Positions 36,994 through 48,012 of a DNA stretch of 64,000 nucleotides are shown here, piece by piece. Positions within the stretch are counted from its first letter, which is position 1. Every line of letters starts with the position of its first letter. Origin of the DNA: Candidatus Bathyarchaeota archaeon (GTDB taxonomy: Archaea; Thermoproteota; Bathyarchaeia; Bathyarchaeales; Bathycorpusculaceae); the NCBI GenBank assembly GCA_963780185.1, contig CAWABA010000004.1:64001-128000 (forward strand), read 5' to 3'. The notes beneath the pieces are model-generated. The model saw only the letters and a list, made by a program, of their open reading frames with translations, was not told where the DNA came from and made no database searches. Position numbers and translations under genes: made by a program.

Positions 36994-37645
36994 TTAGATG
37001 GAGTCCCATCGGGTGAGGGCTTCTTGCCTTTTCTTCTCGCTTTTAAGCCGCTGAATCTGGTCGTAAATTTCGCTTGCCTCCACGAACTGCACATCATACT
37101 GCCGAATAGTATCCTGCATTGCATCTGTCCAGTCTAAGAAGGTGCGGGTAAAGCGGGGTTATCCCGTGGCTGCCTTCTCGTTCAAACCAGAATTCAAAGT
37201 ATGTGCCCGTGTAGCCGCTGGCTGTCACGCGGAAACCAAATTTCTCCAACACAACCCCCAAACGCCCCAGTACACGCCGCACGGCTCGGTCAAGAACCTC
37301 AGGGAACTTGTCAGCTACCTGCCTGTAGCGTTCGATGGATTCGTGCAGATGCGGCTCCAGATGCCACCATAGTGCGGGGTTGTCGAGTTCCGCCTGCACC
37401 GTTTTTTCCGCGTTCCTAACTAATTCGTTGACGTGGGCTTTCATGGAGGCTATTTTTTCTTCAGTTAAACTTAAGGTGACTTCAGGGTTTTTGGTGATGT
37501 ATTCTTTCGCGGTTTTTCTAAACCACTCCGACGCAAAAGCCGCCGTTTGCTTCGTGAATTGCGTTTTAAGTTCATCCATGCGTGAGAGAAGAGGCGAAAG
37601 CTCAGCTTCTTTTCTTTCAATTAAAGCATCTATTTCTTCACTCAT
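36994..37645 (-). CDS. Helical hypothetical protein (frameshift ~37138)
   Basis: ORF 37094-37645; the shifted frame continues LDWTDAMQDTIRQY...RWDSI* to 36994. Confidence 0.6.
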
Positions 37646-38140
37646 GCCGCGGAATCCTCAGCCATTCCCTCTTAGACCTGTTTGCCTGATGTCTTTATGC
37701 GGTTAGGTGAAAAAAGATTCTGCAACTGCAATTCACATTCAAATTCCTGATTTATGCTCCATTCAAAGCCGAAGCAGAAAACGTCGACAAACGCCGAGGC
37801 AGGTTGGGCAAGCGAGGCAGAGCTCTATATAACCAAGCGGTTGTGACTTCAAAATGTAACAACATTATCTTATATCTTATTCCTGTGTAGAATGCTTGAG
37901 CGAGAAAGGAAAAAGCAAGGGATTGCCAACAACAGTTAGGCGGTCTGGCTGCTAGCAAGGCGACGAGGCATCTTTGCCCAAAAAATTTTTTGCCTGTCCC
38001 ATGCTAACACAAGGCTTGAGCGCCTAACGCTACTTTTCCCCCACTAACCAAACTTGCCCAACCAAATATTGTTCAAGATATCGTTTAATTTTGGCTTTGC
38101 GAAAAAAAAAGAAAAAATAGAGATTGAAAAATATTTAGCT

Positions 38141-38329
38141 TTACAGTTTCTTCTTTACTTTTGTAGCTGCTTTCTTGGCATCTTCAGCCGCTGCTTTCCC
38201 GACTTTTTTGGCGTCTACAGCAACTTTTTTAGATTCTTGGGCAACTTTTCCGCCCACTTTCTTAGCATCTACCGCAAGTTTCTTTGCGTCTGCTTCTACT
38301 ACTTTTTTCGCGTTTTTTATAGTTGGCAT
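38141..38329 (-). CDS. Small Lys/Ala-rich repeat protein
   Basis: Repeated (D/E)AKK(V/L/A) units; TTTAAATA promoter upstream, T-tract downstream. Confidence 0.65.
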   Translation of the reverse strand: MPTIKNAKKVVEADAKKLAVDAKKVGGKVAQESKKVAVDAKKVGKAAAEDAKKAATKVKKKL

Positions 38330-38583
38330 ATTGTTAACCAGCTTAAGTCTTGGATGTCCATATTTAAAAAGTCTCTGTTTTTCACTCCTCTTCAGAAAAG
38401 GCTCTTGAAAAAAACTTCGTTTTTATTTCTAAACTCAGGCTTGCGAGGAATGCACTAACGGCTTTTATCTCGGCATAAACGTGGAAAATCGGCTGATTTT
38501 TCGTTTTCTCAAAACGACACTTTGATAAAAGAATGTTTTTATTATAATTGGCGTTATAGCTACCTTTCAAGGTGTAAAACTGT

Positions 38584-39525
38584 ATGGGTAAGGGGTCAGG
38601 TTACGGGAAAGTAATTTTGTTCGGCGAACACTTCGTTGTCCACGGGGCACCCGGCGTCGTCTCCGCGATTGATTCCACAACCGACGCAGAAGTCAAAAAA
38701 GCAGCAAAAGGAATCAACGTAAAGGACGAACGGAAAACCGCTAAAGGCTACAGCGAAGAAAAACGTCTCCAGCAAATCGAATCCATCGAGAATATGCTAA
38801 GAACCATGGGCGTCGACCCTAAAATCGGGCTTGACATCTGGATCGGCGGCACCCTTCCAGCCTTCAGCGGACTGGGCGCTTCCGCGGCAAGCAGCGTCGC
38901 CATCGCAAGAGCCATCGCGCAGGAACTTGGCATGCAATTCTCCGAGGAAAAAATAAATCAAATAACCTACGAAGCGGAGAAAGCTTACGCTGGCAACCCC
39001 TCAGGCATCGACAACACCGCTGCAACCTACGGCGGCTTGATGTGGTTCAAAAAAGATGCGGCTGGTGGACCCGACAAGATTGAAAAACTGCATGTGCGGA
39101 GACCAATTGAAATTGTCATAGGCAGCACGGGCAAAGTTGCAAACACCAAAGCCATGGTGGAAGGCGTTGCTGACCGCAAAAAGAAAAACCCAGCGAAATA
39201 TGACCCAATCTTTAAGCAAGCTGAAAACGTCGCCTTTGCAGGGCGGAAAGCGCTTGAGACATATGACCTAAAAAAGGTGGGTGACCTCATGAATGAAAAC
39301 CACCGTTTGCTCCAAGAAATCGGGGTATCCAGCACGGAACTTGACATGCTTGTTGATTTAGCCCGAAAACAGGGCGCTTTCGGCGCGAAGCTTACAGGCG
39401 GAGGCGGCGGAGGATGCATGGTCGCGCTTACTCCAGGAAAAGAATTGCAGGGCAAAGTTTTGAGCGCCATCAAATACTTGGGTTTTGAAGTTCTGAGCAC
39501 AAAAGTCGGCGTTGAAAAATATTAA
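38584..39525 (+). CDS. mvk: Mevalonate kinase
   Basis: GKVILFGEH, SGLGASAA, PSGID, GAKLTGGGGGG. Confidence 0.93.
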   Translation: MGKGSGYGKVILFGEHFVVHGAPGVVSAIDSTTDAEVKKAAKGINVKDERKTAKGYSEEKRLQQIESIENMLRTMGVDPKIGLDIWIGGTLPAFSGLGASAASSVAIARAIAQELGMQFSEEKINQITYEAEKAYAGNPSGIDNTAATYGGLMWFKKDAAGGPDKIEKLHVRRPIEIVIGSTGKVANTKAMVEGVADRKKKNPAKYDPIFKQAENVAFAGRKALETYDLKKVGDLMNENHRLLQEIGVSSTELDMLVDLARKQGAFGAKLTGGGGGGCMVALTPGKELQGKVLSAIKYLGFEVLSTKVGVEKY

Positions 39526-40846
39526 GGTGGATGGCAAATTGGGTTTGAGAAGTTTCATAGAAGTTCTCGATAAAAGCGGAGAATTAACCAGGATTAAGAA
39601 GCCTGTCTCCACCGAGTATGAGTTAGCTGGCATAATAGATGCTTTGGGCGAGAAGCCAGTGTATTTTGAGAAAGTTAAGGAATCAGAGTACCCTGTCGTT
39701 GCGGGGCTTTTGTCGTCCAAAGAGTTGATTGTGAGGTCGCTTGGCATAAGTAAAGACCAGTTGTTGCCTAAGCTGTCCTCCGCCATTGAGCATCCTGTGC
39801 CGCCGCAACTCGTTGAAAAAGGAGAATGCCAACAAGTAGTGGAAAACAATGTTGATTTAACTAAACTTCCTATAATGCGGTACACGGAAAAAGACGGCGG
39901 AAAATACATCGCGTCAGCCGTCACCATAATCAAAGACCCGCAGCTGGGCAGAAACATGTGTTTCCACCGCCTCATGCTCAAAGACAGAAACCACTTCGTC
40001 GCCCGAATCGTGGAGCACCGCGGCACCGACACCGCCCTCGCAAAAGCAGGAGGCGAACTGGACATCGCAATCTGCATCGGGAATTCCGCGGCGGTTCTGG
40101 TCGCAGCCGCGACGACTCTGCCCATGGGCGTTGACGAACTGGGGATGGCGAACGCGCTAGAGAAAACCGAGCTGGTGAAATGCAAAACCGTCGATTTGGA
40201 GGTGCCTGCCGCCAGCGAATTCGTGCTGGAGGGACGCATCACAAAGGAAAAAGCAACGGAGGGACCTTTCCTGGATTTGACAGGCGTCGTCGACCGAGTG
40301 CGGCAGCAACCTGTCCTCGAAATCAAATGTGTCACACACCGCCGCAGCCCGATTTACCAGACGATTCTCGCGGGCAAGAACGAGCACAAATTTCTCATGG
40401 GCATGCCCAAGGAGCCTACGATTTTCAACGAAGTTAACAAGGTTTGCCAATGCAGGGACGTCTACATCACGCCCGGCGGATGCAGCTGGCTCCACGCCGT
40501 CGTCCAAATCAAAAAGCAGAACACGGATGATGGGAAAAAAGCGATTGCTGCGGCTTTCGAGGGGCACAAGTCGCTTAAGCATGTGGTTGTCGTCGACGAA
40601 GACATTAACATTTACGACCCCCATGAAGTCGAATGGGCGATTGCGACGAGGTTCCAAGCCGACAAAAACACGGTCATCCTAAGCAACCAACCAGGCAGTT
40701 CGCTTGACCCTTCGGGCGACCTGAGCGAAGGCAAAAAAGCCACAACCGCCAAAGCAGGGTTGGACGCAACCATCCCACTCGTTACCACGGGCAAAGGCTT
40801 CGGCAAGCAGGAATACGTCAAAGTAGACTTAAACAAGTATCTGTGA
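39512..40846 (+). CDS. UbiD-family anhydromevalonate phosphate decarboxylase
   Basis: DLTKLPI...DGGKYI, HR, EGPFLD, VVVDEDI...VEWAIATR; cluster context. Confidence 0.85.
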   Translation: MKNIKVDGKLGLRSFIEVLDKSGELTRIKKPVSTEYELAGIIDALGEKPVYFEKVKESEYPVVAGLLSSKELIVRSLGISKDQLLPKLSSAIEHPVPPQLVEKGECQQVVENNVDLTKLPIMRYTEKDGGKYIASAVTIIKDPQLGRNMCFHRLMLKDRNHFVARIVEHRGTDTALAKAGGELDIAICIGNSAAVLVAAATTLPMGVDELGMANALEKTELVKCKTVDLEVPAASEFVLEGRITKEKATEGPFLDLTGVVDRVRQQPVLEIKCVTHRRSPIYQTILAGKNEHKFLMGMPKEPTIFNEVNKVCQCRDVYITPGGCSWLHAVVQIKKQNTDDGKKAIAAAFEGHKSLKHVVVVDEDINIYDPHEVEWAIATRFQADKNTVILSNQPGSSLDPSGDLSEGKKATTAKAGLDATIPLVTTGKGFGKQEYVKVDLNKYL

Positions 40847-40852
40847 CCCAAA

Positions 40853-42052
40853 ATGCAGTTGACTAAACAAGAGCAAAAGATGTTGGAAGGCGCTGAAGGC
40901 TACGCCGTGCGGAAAAGCATGGAAATCCTCGTTGCACTCGGCGAGATTTACGGCGCAAAAAGCCTCATAGAGGTAGGCAGCGTCCAAGTGGCAGGAGTCT
41001 CATACAACAACCTCGGCGACGCCGGGTTAGAATTTCTCGACGAGTTGGCAAAAGATGGCAAAGTCCGTGTTCTCACAACACTGAACCCAGCAGGCATGGA
41101 TTTGGAAAACTGGCGGCAACTCGGCATCAGCCCAGAATTCGCTGAAAAACAAAACCTCGTCATCAAAGCCTTCGAGAAAATGGGCATCCTCATCAGCTGC
41201 ACCTGCACACCCTACCTAATCGGCAACCTACCGCTTTACGGAGAACACATTGCGTGGTCAGAAAGCTCAGCCGTCACCTTCGCAAACTCGGTGATTGGCG
41301 CAAAAACAAACAAGGAAGGCGGACCATCCGCTTTGGCGGCGGCTTTCGTCGGCAAAACGCCCTGTTACGGGCTGCATTTGGATGAGAACCGAGTTCCCGA
41401 CGTCCATGTTGAGGTGAAGGCTGAGTTGAAGAAGCTTTCGGATTGGGGCGCGTTGGGCTACGCGATAGGGAAGAAGGCGGAAAACAAAACCCCGTTCATC
41501 ACGGGAATTAAAGAGGCTAACTTAGACGAACTCAAATCATTCTGCGCCTCCGTCGTGACTTACGGCGCCAAACCACTCTTCTACATCAAAGGTATAACGC
41601 CCGCTTCAGAGCAGCAAAAAATGCCGAGCCAAACAGTAACCATTGAAGCAGCCGACATCAAAAACGCCTACGACAACATCAACGACCAAGTAAACGAAAT
41701 AGAACTCGTCTGCGTCGGCTGCCCACACTGCTCAATCAACGAAATCGCCAAAGTCGCGGAGCTTGTTGAAGGAAAAAAGGTCGCGGCGGGCACGGAGTTT
41801 TGGGTAGCAACCTCACGAAGCGCCAAGCAACTTGCAGACAAACGAGGCTATACGACGACTATTGAGGCGGCTGGCGGCAAATTCGCATGCGACACATGCA
41901 TGGCTGTTGCGCCGCTGAAAGGCAGGTTTAAGTCGTTGGCGACAACGTCGGCGAAAGGCTGCTTCTACTCGAGGCAGAACCTGATGAAAACCAAGATGGG
42001 AAGCATTGAAGAATGCGTTCAGGCGGCGGTGACTGGGAAATGGAACAGTTGA
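40853..42052 (+). CDS. Aconitase X / phosphomevalonate dehydratase large subunit
   Basis: TTLNP, CTCTPY, WSESSA, GCPHCS, DTC. Confidence 0.88.
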   Translation: MQLTKQEQKMLEGAEGYAVRKSMEILVALGEIYGAKSLIEVGSVQVAGVSYNNLGDAGLEFLDELAKDGKVRVLTTLNPAGMDLENWRQLGISPEFAEKQNLVIKAFEKMGILISCTCTPYLIGNLPLYGEHIAWSESSAVTFANSVIGAKTNKEGGPSALAAAFVGKTPCYGLHLDENRVPDVHVEVKAELKKLSDWGALGYAIGKKAENKTPFITGIKEANLDELKSFCASVVTYGAKPLFYIKGITPASEQQKMPSQTVTIEAADIKNAYDNINDQVNEIELVCVGCPHCSINEIAKVAELVEGKKVAAGTEFWVATSRSAKQLADKRGYTTTIEAAGGKFACDTCMAVAPLKGRFKSLATTSAKGCFYSRQNLMKTKMGSIEECVQAAVTGKWNS

Positions 42053-42426
42053 AAGGCAGAATAATCTACAAAGGCAAAGCGCAGGGAGAAGCGCTCGTTA
42101 CTAGCCAACCTATTTCGTTCTACGGCGGAGTAGACCCGAACACAGGCGTCATCATCGAGAAAGGGCATGAACTTCAGGGACAAAGCGTCAAAGGCAAAAT
42201 ATTGGTTTTCCCAACGGGCAAAGGCTCAACCGTTGGCTCCTACACATTGTACCGCATGAAGAAGAACGGCGCCGCACCCGCAGGCATGATCAACAGGGAA
42301 TGCGAAACCGTGGTTGCAGTCGGAGTCATCATCAGCGAAATCCCATGCGTCGACAAAATTGACATCTCAAAAATAAAGACAGGCTACAAGGTCAACATAG
42401 AAAACGATACAGTCAGCATAACATAA
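42040..42426 (+). CDS. Aconitase X swiveling domain / phosphomevalonate dehydratase small subunit (DUF126)
   Basis: ISFYGGVDP.TG, GKGSTVGS. Confidence 0.9.
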   Translation: MEQLKGRIIYKGKAQGEALVTSQPISFYGGVDPNTGVIIEKGHELQGQSVKGKILVFPTGKGSTVGSYTLYRMKKNGAAPAGMINRECETVVAVGVIISEIPCVDKIDISKIKTGYKVNIENDTVSIT

Positions 42427-42571
42427 AACCCTCAGTTTCCAAAATCAGCGGTTTCTGCGTCCCAGCAGGCTTTTTGAGACGCCTAAAAAATCGCTTCTTT
42501 TCTGGCACGAGATAGAAAAAACTGGGAGCGTGATTTAGGTGTTTTCGTAGTTTTGCCGCTTGCAACCATTT

Positions 42572-42895
42572 TTACGTGCTGGCTTTGGCGTCTTTGTCTC
42601 CGACGTTGACAGTTACGTTTTGCTGAATGTTTTGAGGAGTTTTTTTGTCAGATCGGTAGGTCACTATTGTGAATACTAGCCAGACGATGAAGCCATAGAT
42701 AACTGCATTAAAGATTGCCTTTATCAGGACGTCTCCGTAGATTGCGCCGCCTACCTTGTACGTCGTTGTCTCAATGGGTAGCTTTAGCATGTTGTATAGA
42801 GCTTGCCCCGGAGGAATCGTGGTTGCGCCGATGCATACCAAAAGGACGATTACGAACACTGCTAAGAATACAAGTGCCCCTTTCATTTTTCCCAA
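42572..42895 (-). CDS. Small membrane protein
   Basis: 2 TM segments; IPPG and FNAVIYG motifs. Confidence 0.7.
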   Translation of the reverse strand: MGKMKGALVFLAVFVIVLLVCIGATTIPPGQALYNMLKLPIETTTYKVGGAIYGDVLIKAIFNAVIYGFIVWLVFTIVTYRSDKKTPQNIQQNVTVNVGDKDAKAST

Positions 42896-43086
42896 ATACC
42901 CCGTGGATTTTTATCAGATGGATCGCAATATAAGCCTTTATGAAGTTCACGCAACCATAACGAGCACGCACGACATCTTTATGCAACCATAAATGCAAAA
43001 GCTACAGAATTTTGCCTTCGCTTAGAGACAGCAATCTGCCTCAAAATTTATGTTTTCTTGACCGACAACGCTTTGGGCTGTTTTTC

Positions 43087-43539
43087 TTAGTCTATGGGTT
43101 TTGTCCATCCGCCGTTGCTGAACCGTGCTAGGCACCCGAAGGGAAAACACAGCAGCAGGTCAATTACGGCTATGGTAGGCAGGAACGGCAGGTTGAAGGT
43201 TACTCTCAGGACGAGGTTCAGGGTGGAGAAGGCAAGCAGCAGGAACAAACCGTTTAGCCAGAAGCCCACTTGCCAGCCACGGGTTTTATGCAGGCTGTTG
43301 ATCAAGGCGATGTTTACTACGCCAAGTATGAGGGGCTGCGCAAAATAGGTGATAGCAAGCAGGAACGCGAATCCCAGCGGCGGCATGTAGCTCATGAAAG
43401 ATTGCTGCGTGGAGTCAAGCCAAGCTTGAATCACGATTAAGATGATGACTGTTACTAAGCCTTGCAGAAACAGTTTTTCTGCTAGCCGAAGATTTCTGAA
43501 GTGATTAAGCATTTTGTTTTCACTTAGCATTTTCTGCAA
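43087..43539 (-). CDS. 4-TM membrane protein
   Basis: Hydrophobic throughout; overlaps the upstream GH gene. Confidence 0.7.
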   Translation of the reverse strand: MQKMLSENKMLNHFRNLRLAEKLFLQGLVTVIILIVIQAWLDSTQQSFMSYMPPLGFAFLLAITYFAQPLILGVVNIALINSLHKTRGWQVGFWLNGLFLLLAFSTLNLVLRVTFNLPFLPTIAVIDLLLCFPFGCLARFSNGGWTKPID

Positions 43540-44449
43540 TCCAGTTACCTACCGCTGTCTCTGTCTGTGTCCCGCGGATCCCGTAGTTATCGTAAGCGCT
43601 ATTCCAATACACGATCCAGCAGCCTTTTAGCCCCATGCTTTTAAAAAGGTTAAGCCCGTTGATGATGTAGCTGGTTTGGGCGACGCTGTCACTTGTGGAC
43701 ATGCCAAATTCGGTGATGACCACGTTCTTATGAGTTATCTGAGCCAAGTTATTTACGAAATGCGGGGACAAAACAAGAAATGAATTCATGAAAATGTCAA
43801 AGCCCACGAAGTTAAGTTTCTTGCTGAGATCAATTGGAATGTTACTTCTTACTATGTAGCCGATTCCAAAGTTGGTGTAGTATTGAACGGGCAAGTTGTG
43901 GGCTGCAACTGTTGCATACATAGTGTTAAAGTTAGAGATAATTTCGTCATCAGAATACAATGCACCGATGTCCCAACCCGAAGAAGTTTCAGGCTCATTC
44001 ATCACTTGGACATATTTCAGATCGTTCCCCCAGCGGTCCAGGTAATAATTGATGGTGTCGGTTGTCTCATAGTTCTGGATTACAAGAGCCACTGCTAGCC
44101 CATAATGGGAAGTGGCGGAAAAAAACATGTCTGTTTTCTGATTGTTTATGTCATTTGGATTAAGCGGGTTGCAGACAAGGTTGATTCGGATAACTTTGAA
44201 GCCTAAATCGTGGATCTGTGTGACTTGCGCATAAATGTCAGTCAGGTTATCCTGCTCGTAAACGTAGTGTATGCCGACTTGGAAGGCGGAGTTGGAGTTT
44301 CTCTGACCAGACGCGTAATAGTCGTAGGAGTAGAAAATCTGGATGAAGAGGAACATAACGCATAGCGTGATGACAATGAGGTTCTTAACCAAGCTCTTGT
44401 TAGTAAACCTGGCTAACCCTTGAACAAGGTTCGAAGCAGGCTTCCCCAT
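43520..44449 (-). CDS. Membrane-anchored clan GH-A glycoside hydrolase
   Basis: LGFKVIR, MNEP acid/base, VVITEFG nucleophile, N-terminal TM. Confidence 0.8.
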   Translation of the reverse strand: MGKPASNLVQGLARFTNKSLVKNLIVITLCVMFLFIQIFYSYDYYASGQRNSNSAFQVGIHYVYEQDNLTDIYAQVTQIHDLGFKVIRINLVCNPLNPNDINNQKTDMFFSATSHYGLAVALVIQNYETTDTINYYLDRWGNDLKYVQVMNEPETSSGWDIGALYSDDEIISNFNTMYATVAAHNLPVQYYTNFGIGYIVRSNIPIDLSKKLNFVGFDIFMNSFLVLSPHFVNNLAQITHKNVVITEFGMSTSDSVAQTSYIINGLNLFKSMGLKGCWIVYWNSAYDNYGIRGTQTETAVGNWIAENAK

Positions 44450-44564
44450 AGCCTACCATGTACACCATTGCTCTTTTAAGGTTTAATGAAACACGAACGA
44501 TTTTTCTTCGTTACATACAAAAGTAATTTATATTTTAAGAGCACATAGCCCAAGCAGGGTTACC

Positions 44565-46103
44565 ATGAAACGCCTCGCCTGCATCCTTCTAATTGCAACT
44601 ATTTTGGTTAGCGGGCCATTTCTCTTCCAAAACACCCATGCGCAAGTTTACAGCAACTTGACGATTGTGAACAACACGGAATGGACAACCGCACAAAGCC
44701 CAATCAACTTCAACGGAACCGTTATCGTGTCCAACAACGCCACTTTAACCATCGACCCAGGAGTCACCGTTAGCATGGGGTACTATGCATTCGACATCTA
44801 CGGCACTTTAATCGCGCAGGGAACCCCGGGCAACCAAATCGTTTTTACAAGCGTTGGCAACCAGACCGTGCAAAGCGGTTCCACCACCCCGATTTACCTT
44901 GGACAATACAACTATGGGGGCAGCAGTTCGAGTGGTCCAGCCTCGATTTTTCAATACGCCACTTTTAACGGAGTAATCATAAGCCAAATAGGAGGGTCAT
45001 CGCCTGAAATAGACAGCTGCGTTTTTAATTTTGGAGCGTCATATCAGACTGCCATCGCCGTCAACGCAGGTTCACCTCAAATCTCCAACAACGTTATAAA
45101 CTTCAACAGTCAAGGTGCCAACGGCGCCATAAACGGCATAGGCGTATTCGGCGGAACCCCTCAAATAACCAACAACCAGTTCGAAGGAACACTCTCAAAC
45201 CCAACCTACGCTGGCACCCCCAACGCATGCATCGAAGTTTCTTCGGGGGCTGCAGTGATAACAGGCAATACTTTTGCAGCCCAATTTGTCAATAACAGCG
45301 ACGGCGTGGAGGTAACCTCGGGCAGCGCGCAGATAAGCAACAACCAATTCCAAGGCAACGGCTGGCTTATCGGCGTAGATGACTTATCTTCCTCTTGCTT
45401 CACTGTTTCGAACAACGTGTTTTCAGGCTGTTACATGGGTGTAATCGCCAAAACAGGAAGCACATTGACGGTTCAGAATAACCAGTTCGTGGAGGGAACC
45501 GACGGAGTCGACGCCTCAGGCACCGCACAAGTAACAGTCACGGACAACTTGATTGACGGCAACTCCCGATACGGAATCAACGGAGGTGGAACCATAAGCT
45601 CCAACACAATTACCAATAACCAAATAGGAATACACAATCCAATAAGCGGCGTCATAAGCGAAAACAACATTGTAGGCAACACCGAAAACAGCATAACCGC
45701 AACCAACGTGGATATTGATGCGCAAAACAACTGGTGGGGAATAGCGGACACGGCAACAATCAACCAAACAATCTATGACTCAAAAACGGACTATCACCTT
45801 GGAACCATAACATTTGTGCCCTTTTTGACTCAGCCTAGCCCGTCAGCTCCAGCTATTCCCGGCAATACGCCAGTTATCACTCCCGTCCCAACTTCGACGA
45901 CGGTGACACCTGCGCCAACCGCTGTCATCCTGGAAACGCCGACACCTACACCATACGAATACTCGAAAACATTCGTTTACCAAACAGGCACACTGTTGAA
46001 CTTGAACTTGATAACAACCGCCACAGCGATAATACTGGTTCTCGTTTGGATAATAGTGATATTGGGTTACTCAGCCAAGAAAGTTTTAAGAAAAAAAGAC
46101 TAA
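44565..46103 (+). CDS. Secreted right-handed beta-helix surface protein
   Basis: Signal peptide, SPQISNN repeats, DAQNNWWG, PT linker, C-terminal TM. Confidence 0.85.
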   Translation: MKRLACILLIATILVSGPFLFQNTHAQVYSNLTIVNNTEWTTAQSPINFNGTVIVSNNATLTIDPGVTVSMGYYAFDIYGTLIAQGTPGNQIVFTSVGNQTVQSGSTTPIYLGQYNYGGSSSSGPASIFQYATFNGVIISQIGGSSPEIDSCVFNFGASYQTAIAVNAGSPQISNNVINFNSQGANGAINGIGVFGGTPQITNNQFEGTLSNPTYAGTPNACIEVSSGAAVITGNTFAAQFVNNSDGVEVTSGSAQISNNQFQGNGWLIGVDDLSSSCFTVSNNVFSGCYMGVIAKTGSTLTVQNNQFVEGTDGVDASGTAQVTVTDNLIDGNSRYGINGGGTISSNTITNNQIGIHNPISGVISENNIVGNTENSITATNVDIDAQNNWWGIADTATINQTIYDSKTDYHLGTITFVPFLTQPSPSAPAIPGNTPVITPVPTSTTVTPAPTAVILETPTPTPYEYSKTFVYQTGTLLNLNLITTATAIILVLVWIIVILGYSAKKVLRKKD

Positions 46104-46252
46104 GCGCCAATTTTTCGGTTTCAAAATAACGCGATGTTTTAAGCAAGCTTTTTAGTCCTAAAACAGTATGAGAGTGAAGCAAGCTTTCAACCATTAGTCA
46201 TGAAAGGGCAGAGTAAATCAATTGAAGCTGTTTACAAGTTTGAAAAGAAGAA

Positions 46253-47863
46253 TTGGGGTTGGTTTCCTATGCAGTCTGGGTGCGTCGGCTTGATAGGTGG
46301 CGCATTTGCTTAATAGTGCTCGCGGTAGTCTACGGCTGCATCTTAACAGTAAATCTGTCCTCTGCGTCCATGGAGTGGGATGAAGTCACTCACTTCACAG
46401 GAGGGCTCCTCTTATCCAGAGGTCAAATTGGATTGTGGGTGACGACAAACTCGCTTTACCCACCGATATACGACATATTTGTAGCAATTTACTACATTGC
46501 GATCGGACCAAGCGTCTTTGCGGCTAGACTAGTAGCCGTCACTTTTTCGGCGCTATCGCTTTTTGTGATTTTTGAACTCGCAAACCGACTGTACAACAAG
46601 AAAACTGCCTTGGTTTCAGCCCTGTTGTTCAGCGTTATGCCTGGAATAATATGGCTTTCCAGGATAGCCATGATTGAAACCATGTTAATCTTCATTTTTT
46701 CGGTTTCTATGCTTTTTTTCTTCAGTTGGTTAATGACTAACCGTGAAAGAGACCGCATGATAAGTATAGCCGCATTCGCAGTTGGCGTCGCGGTGAAGTA
46801 TCAAGTGCTCGTCGTGGTTCCCTTAATCATGCTTCTGAGCTTGTTCTTCTGGAAAAGAGATTACCTGAAAACTCAACTAAAGAGTTTGATGCGACTTCCA
46901 CGGTTGGCAGTTGTCGTGTTGGTGATTGGAGTTGCTGCAATCGTACTGTATCTGCTTTCATCGTCAGGGCTTTTGAGTTTGTTGCTTTTCACCATCCGCG
47001 AAGGCACGGCGCAAAAGGCGTTTTATAGTCGTCAGTACCCTGCGCCGATTTTTTACTTTGTTGAGATGACATGGTTCAACAATGTAGTCCAGCCTATTTC
47101 ACTTATTTTGTACGCGATAGCGATTGCGGGATTGGGGTTAATGGCGTATAGGCGGAAACGTCAAGACAAGTTTTTGCTTCTCTGGTTCATCGTTGTGTAT
47201 TTCGTTTTTACGTTGATCCCGAACAAGGATTGGCGGTATGTTACGATTGCGTTCCCGGTTTTAGCTATCTCAGCCGCCAACCTTCTGATAGCGACTTTTG
47301 AAGGGCTTTCGAAAATCGTGCGGACAGCCAAAACAAGCTTAACCAGGAAGTTAGGAGCAAAAATTATAGGCGGGCTTCTCGTCGCCTTGGTCCTAACTGG
47401 AGTCTACTACAGTTTTGTTAGCGCCTATAATTGGCAGGTCCAAACAGGATTTCAAGTGCCCGTGGAACAGGCGACTTTCTTCGCATCGCAAAACTTGAAT
47501 CAGAATCAAAGTCTCGTTGTCGCCTGCCCGGTTAACAGCTTTAACGAGCAAATGGTTTGGCTTTACATGTCTATGAAGAATCCAAACCAGAGGTATAATC
47601 AAATCTTGCAATACCCTGCATTGGCGGCAGATGCCTACTCGCCAGACTTCAACATTTCTCAGTTTGTAATCCTCTGTCAACAACACAATGCGAAATATGT
47701 CTTAATTTATGAATTTGGCGATTTGCAATACTTTAGCTCAACCCTTACACAACAACAAGTCTGCAGCAGCCTTAACCGAACAGGCGAATTCACATTGCAA
47801 GCAACTTTCGGAACTCAACCTAACCGAGTATTCGTTTACTCATATTTTCCACAAAAAAGTTGA
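46253..47863 (+). CDS. GT-C (PMT/ArnT, GT39/83-like) membrane glycosyltransferase
   Basis: WDEVTH, YPPIY, AARL, AMIET, VKY, KDWRY; multi-TM. Confidence 0.85.
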   Translation: MGLVSYAVWVRRLDRWRICLIVLAVVYGCILTVNLSSASMEWDEVTHFTGGLLLSRGQIGLWVTTNSLYPPIYDIFVAIYYIAIGPSVFAARLVAVTFSALSLFVIFELANRLYNKKTALVSALLFSVMPGIIWLSRIAMIETMLIFIFSVSMLFFFSWLMTNRERDRMISIAAFAVGVAVKYQVLVVVPLIMLLSLFFWKRDYLKTQLKSLMRLPRLAVVVLVIGVAAIVLYLLSSSGLLSLLLFTIREGTAQKAFYSRQYPAPIFYFVEMTWFNNVVQPISLILYAIAIAGLGLMAYRRKRQDKFLLLWFIVVYFVFTLIPNKDWRYVTIAFPVLAISAANLLIATFEGLSKIVRTAKTSLTRKLGAKIIGGLLVALVLTGVYYSFVSAYNWQVQTGFQVPVEQATFFASQNLNQNQSLVVACPVNSFNEQMVWLYMSMKNPNQRYNQILQYPALAADAYSPDFNISQFVILCQQHNAKYVLIYEFGDLQYFSSTLTQQQVCSSLNRTGEFTLQATFGTQPNRVFVYSYFPQKS

Positions 47864-48012
47864 ATCGCATAAATTGATTGTTGACCAAATCCCTGAGCGT
47901 TAAGTTCTTTCACAGATAGCCGTTTTTGATCAAATGACGTAGAGGCTTCTTTGGTGTTTCGGTAATGCTTTTCAAGGAGTGATTTGATACTTCATGTAAA
48001 GGTGTATGAATA

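Noticed and set aside
37760-37835. Three GC(C)GARGCAG repeats next to a TATA-like TATATAA
   Set aside because: Too short and irregular to call a regulatory or RNA element without homologues
39358-40335. 325-aa antisense ORF and similar shadow ORFs throughout the window
   Set aside because: They lie antisense to well-supported genes and are codon-bias shadows
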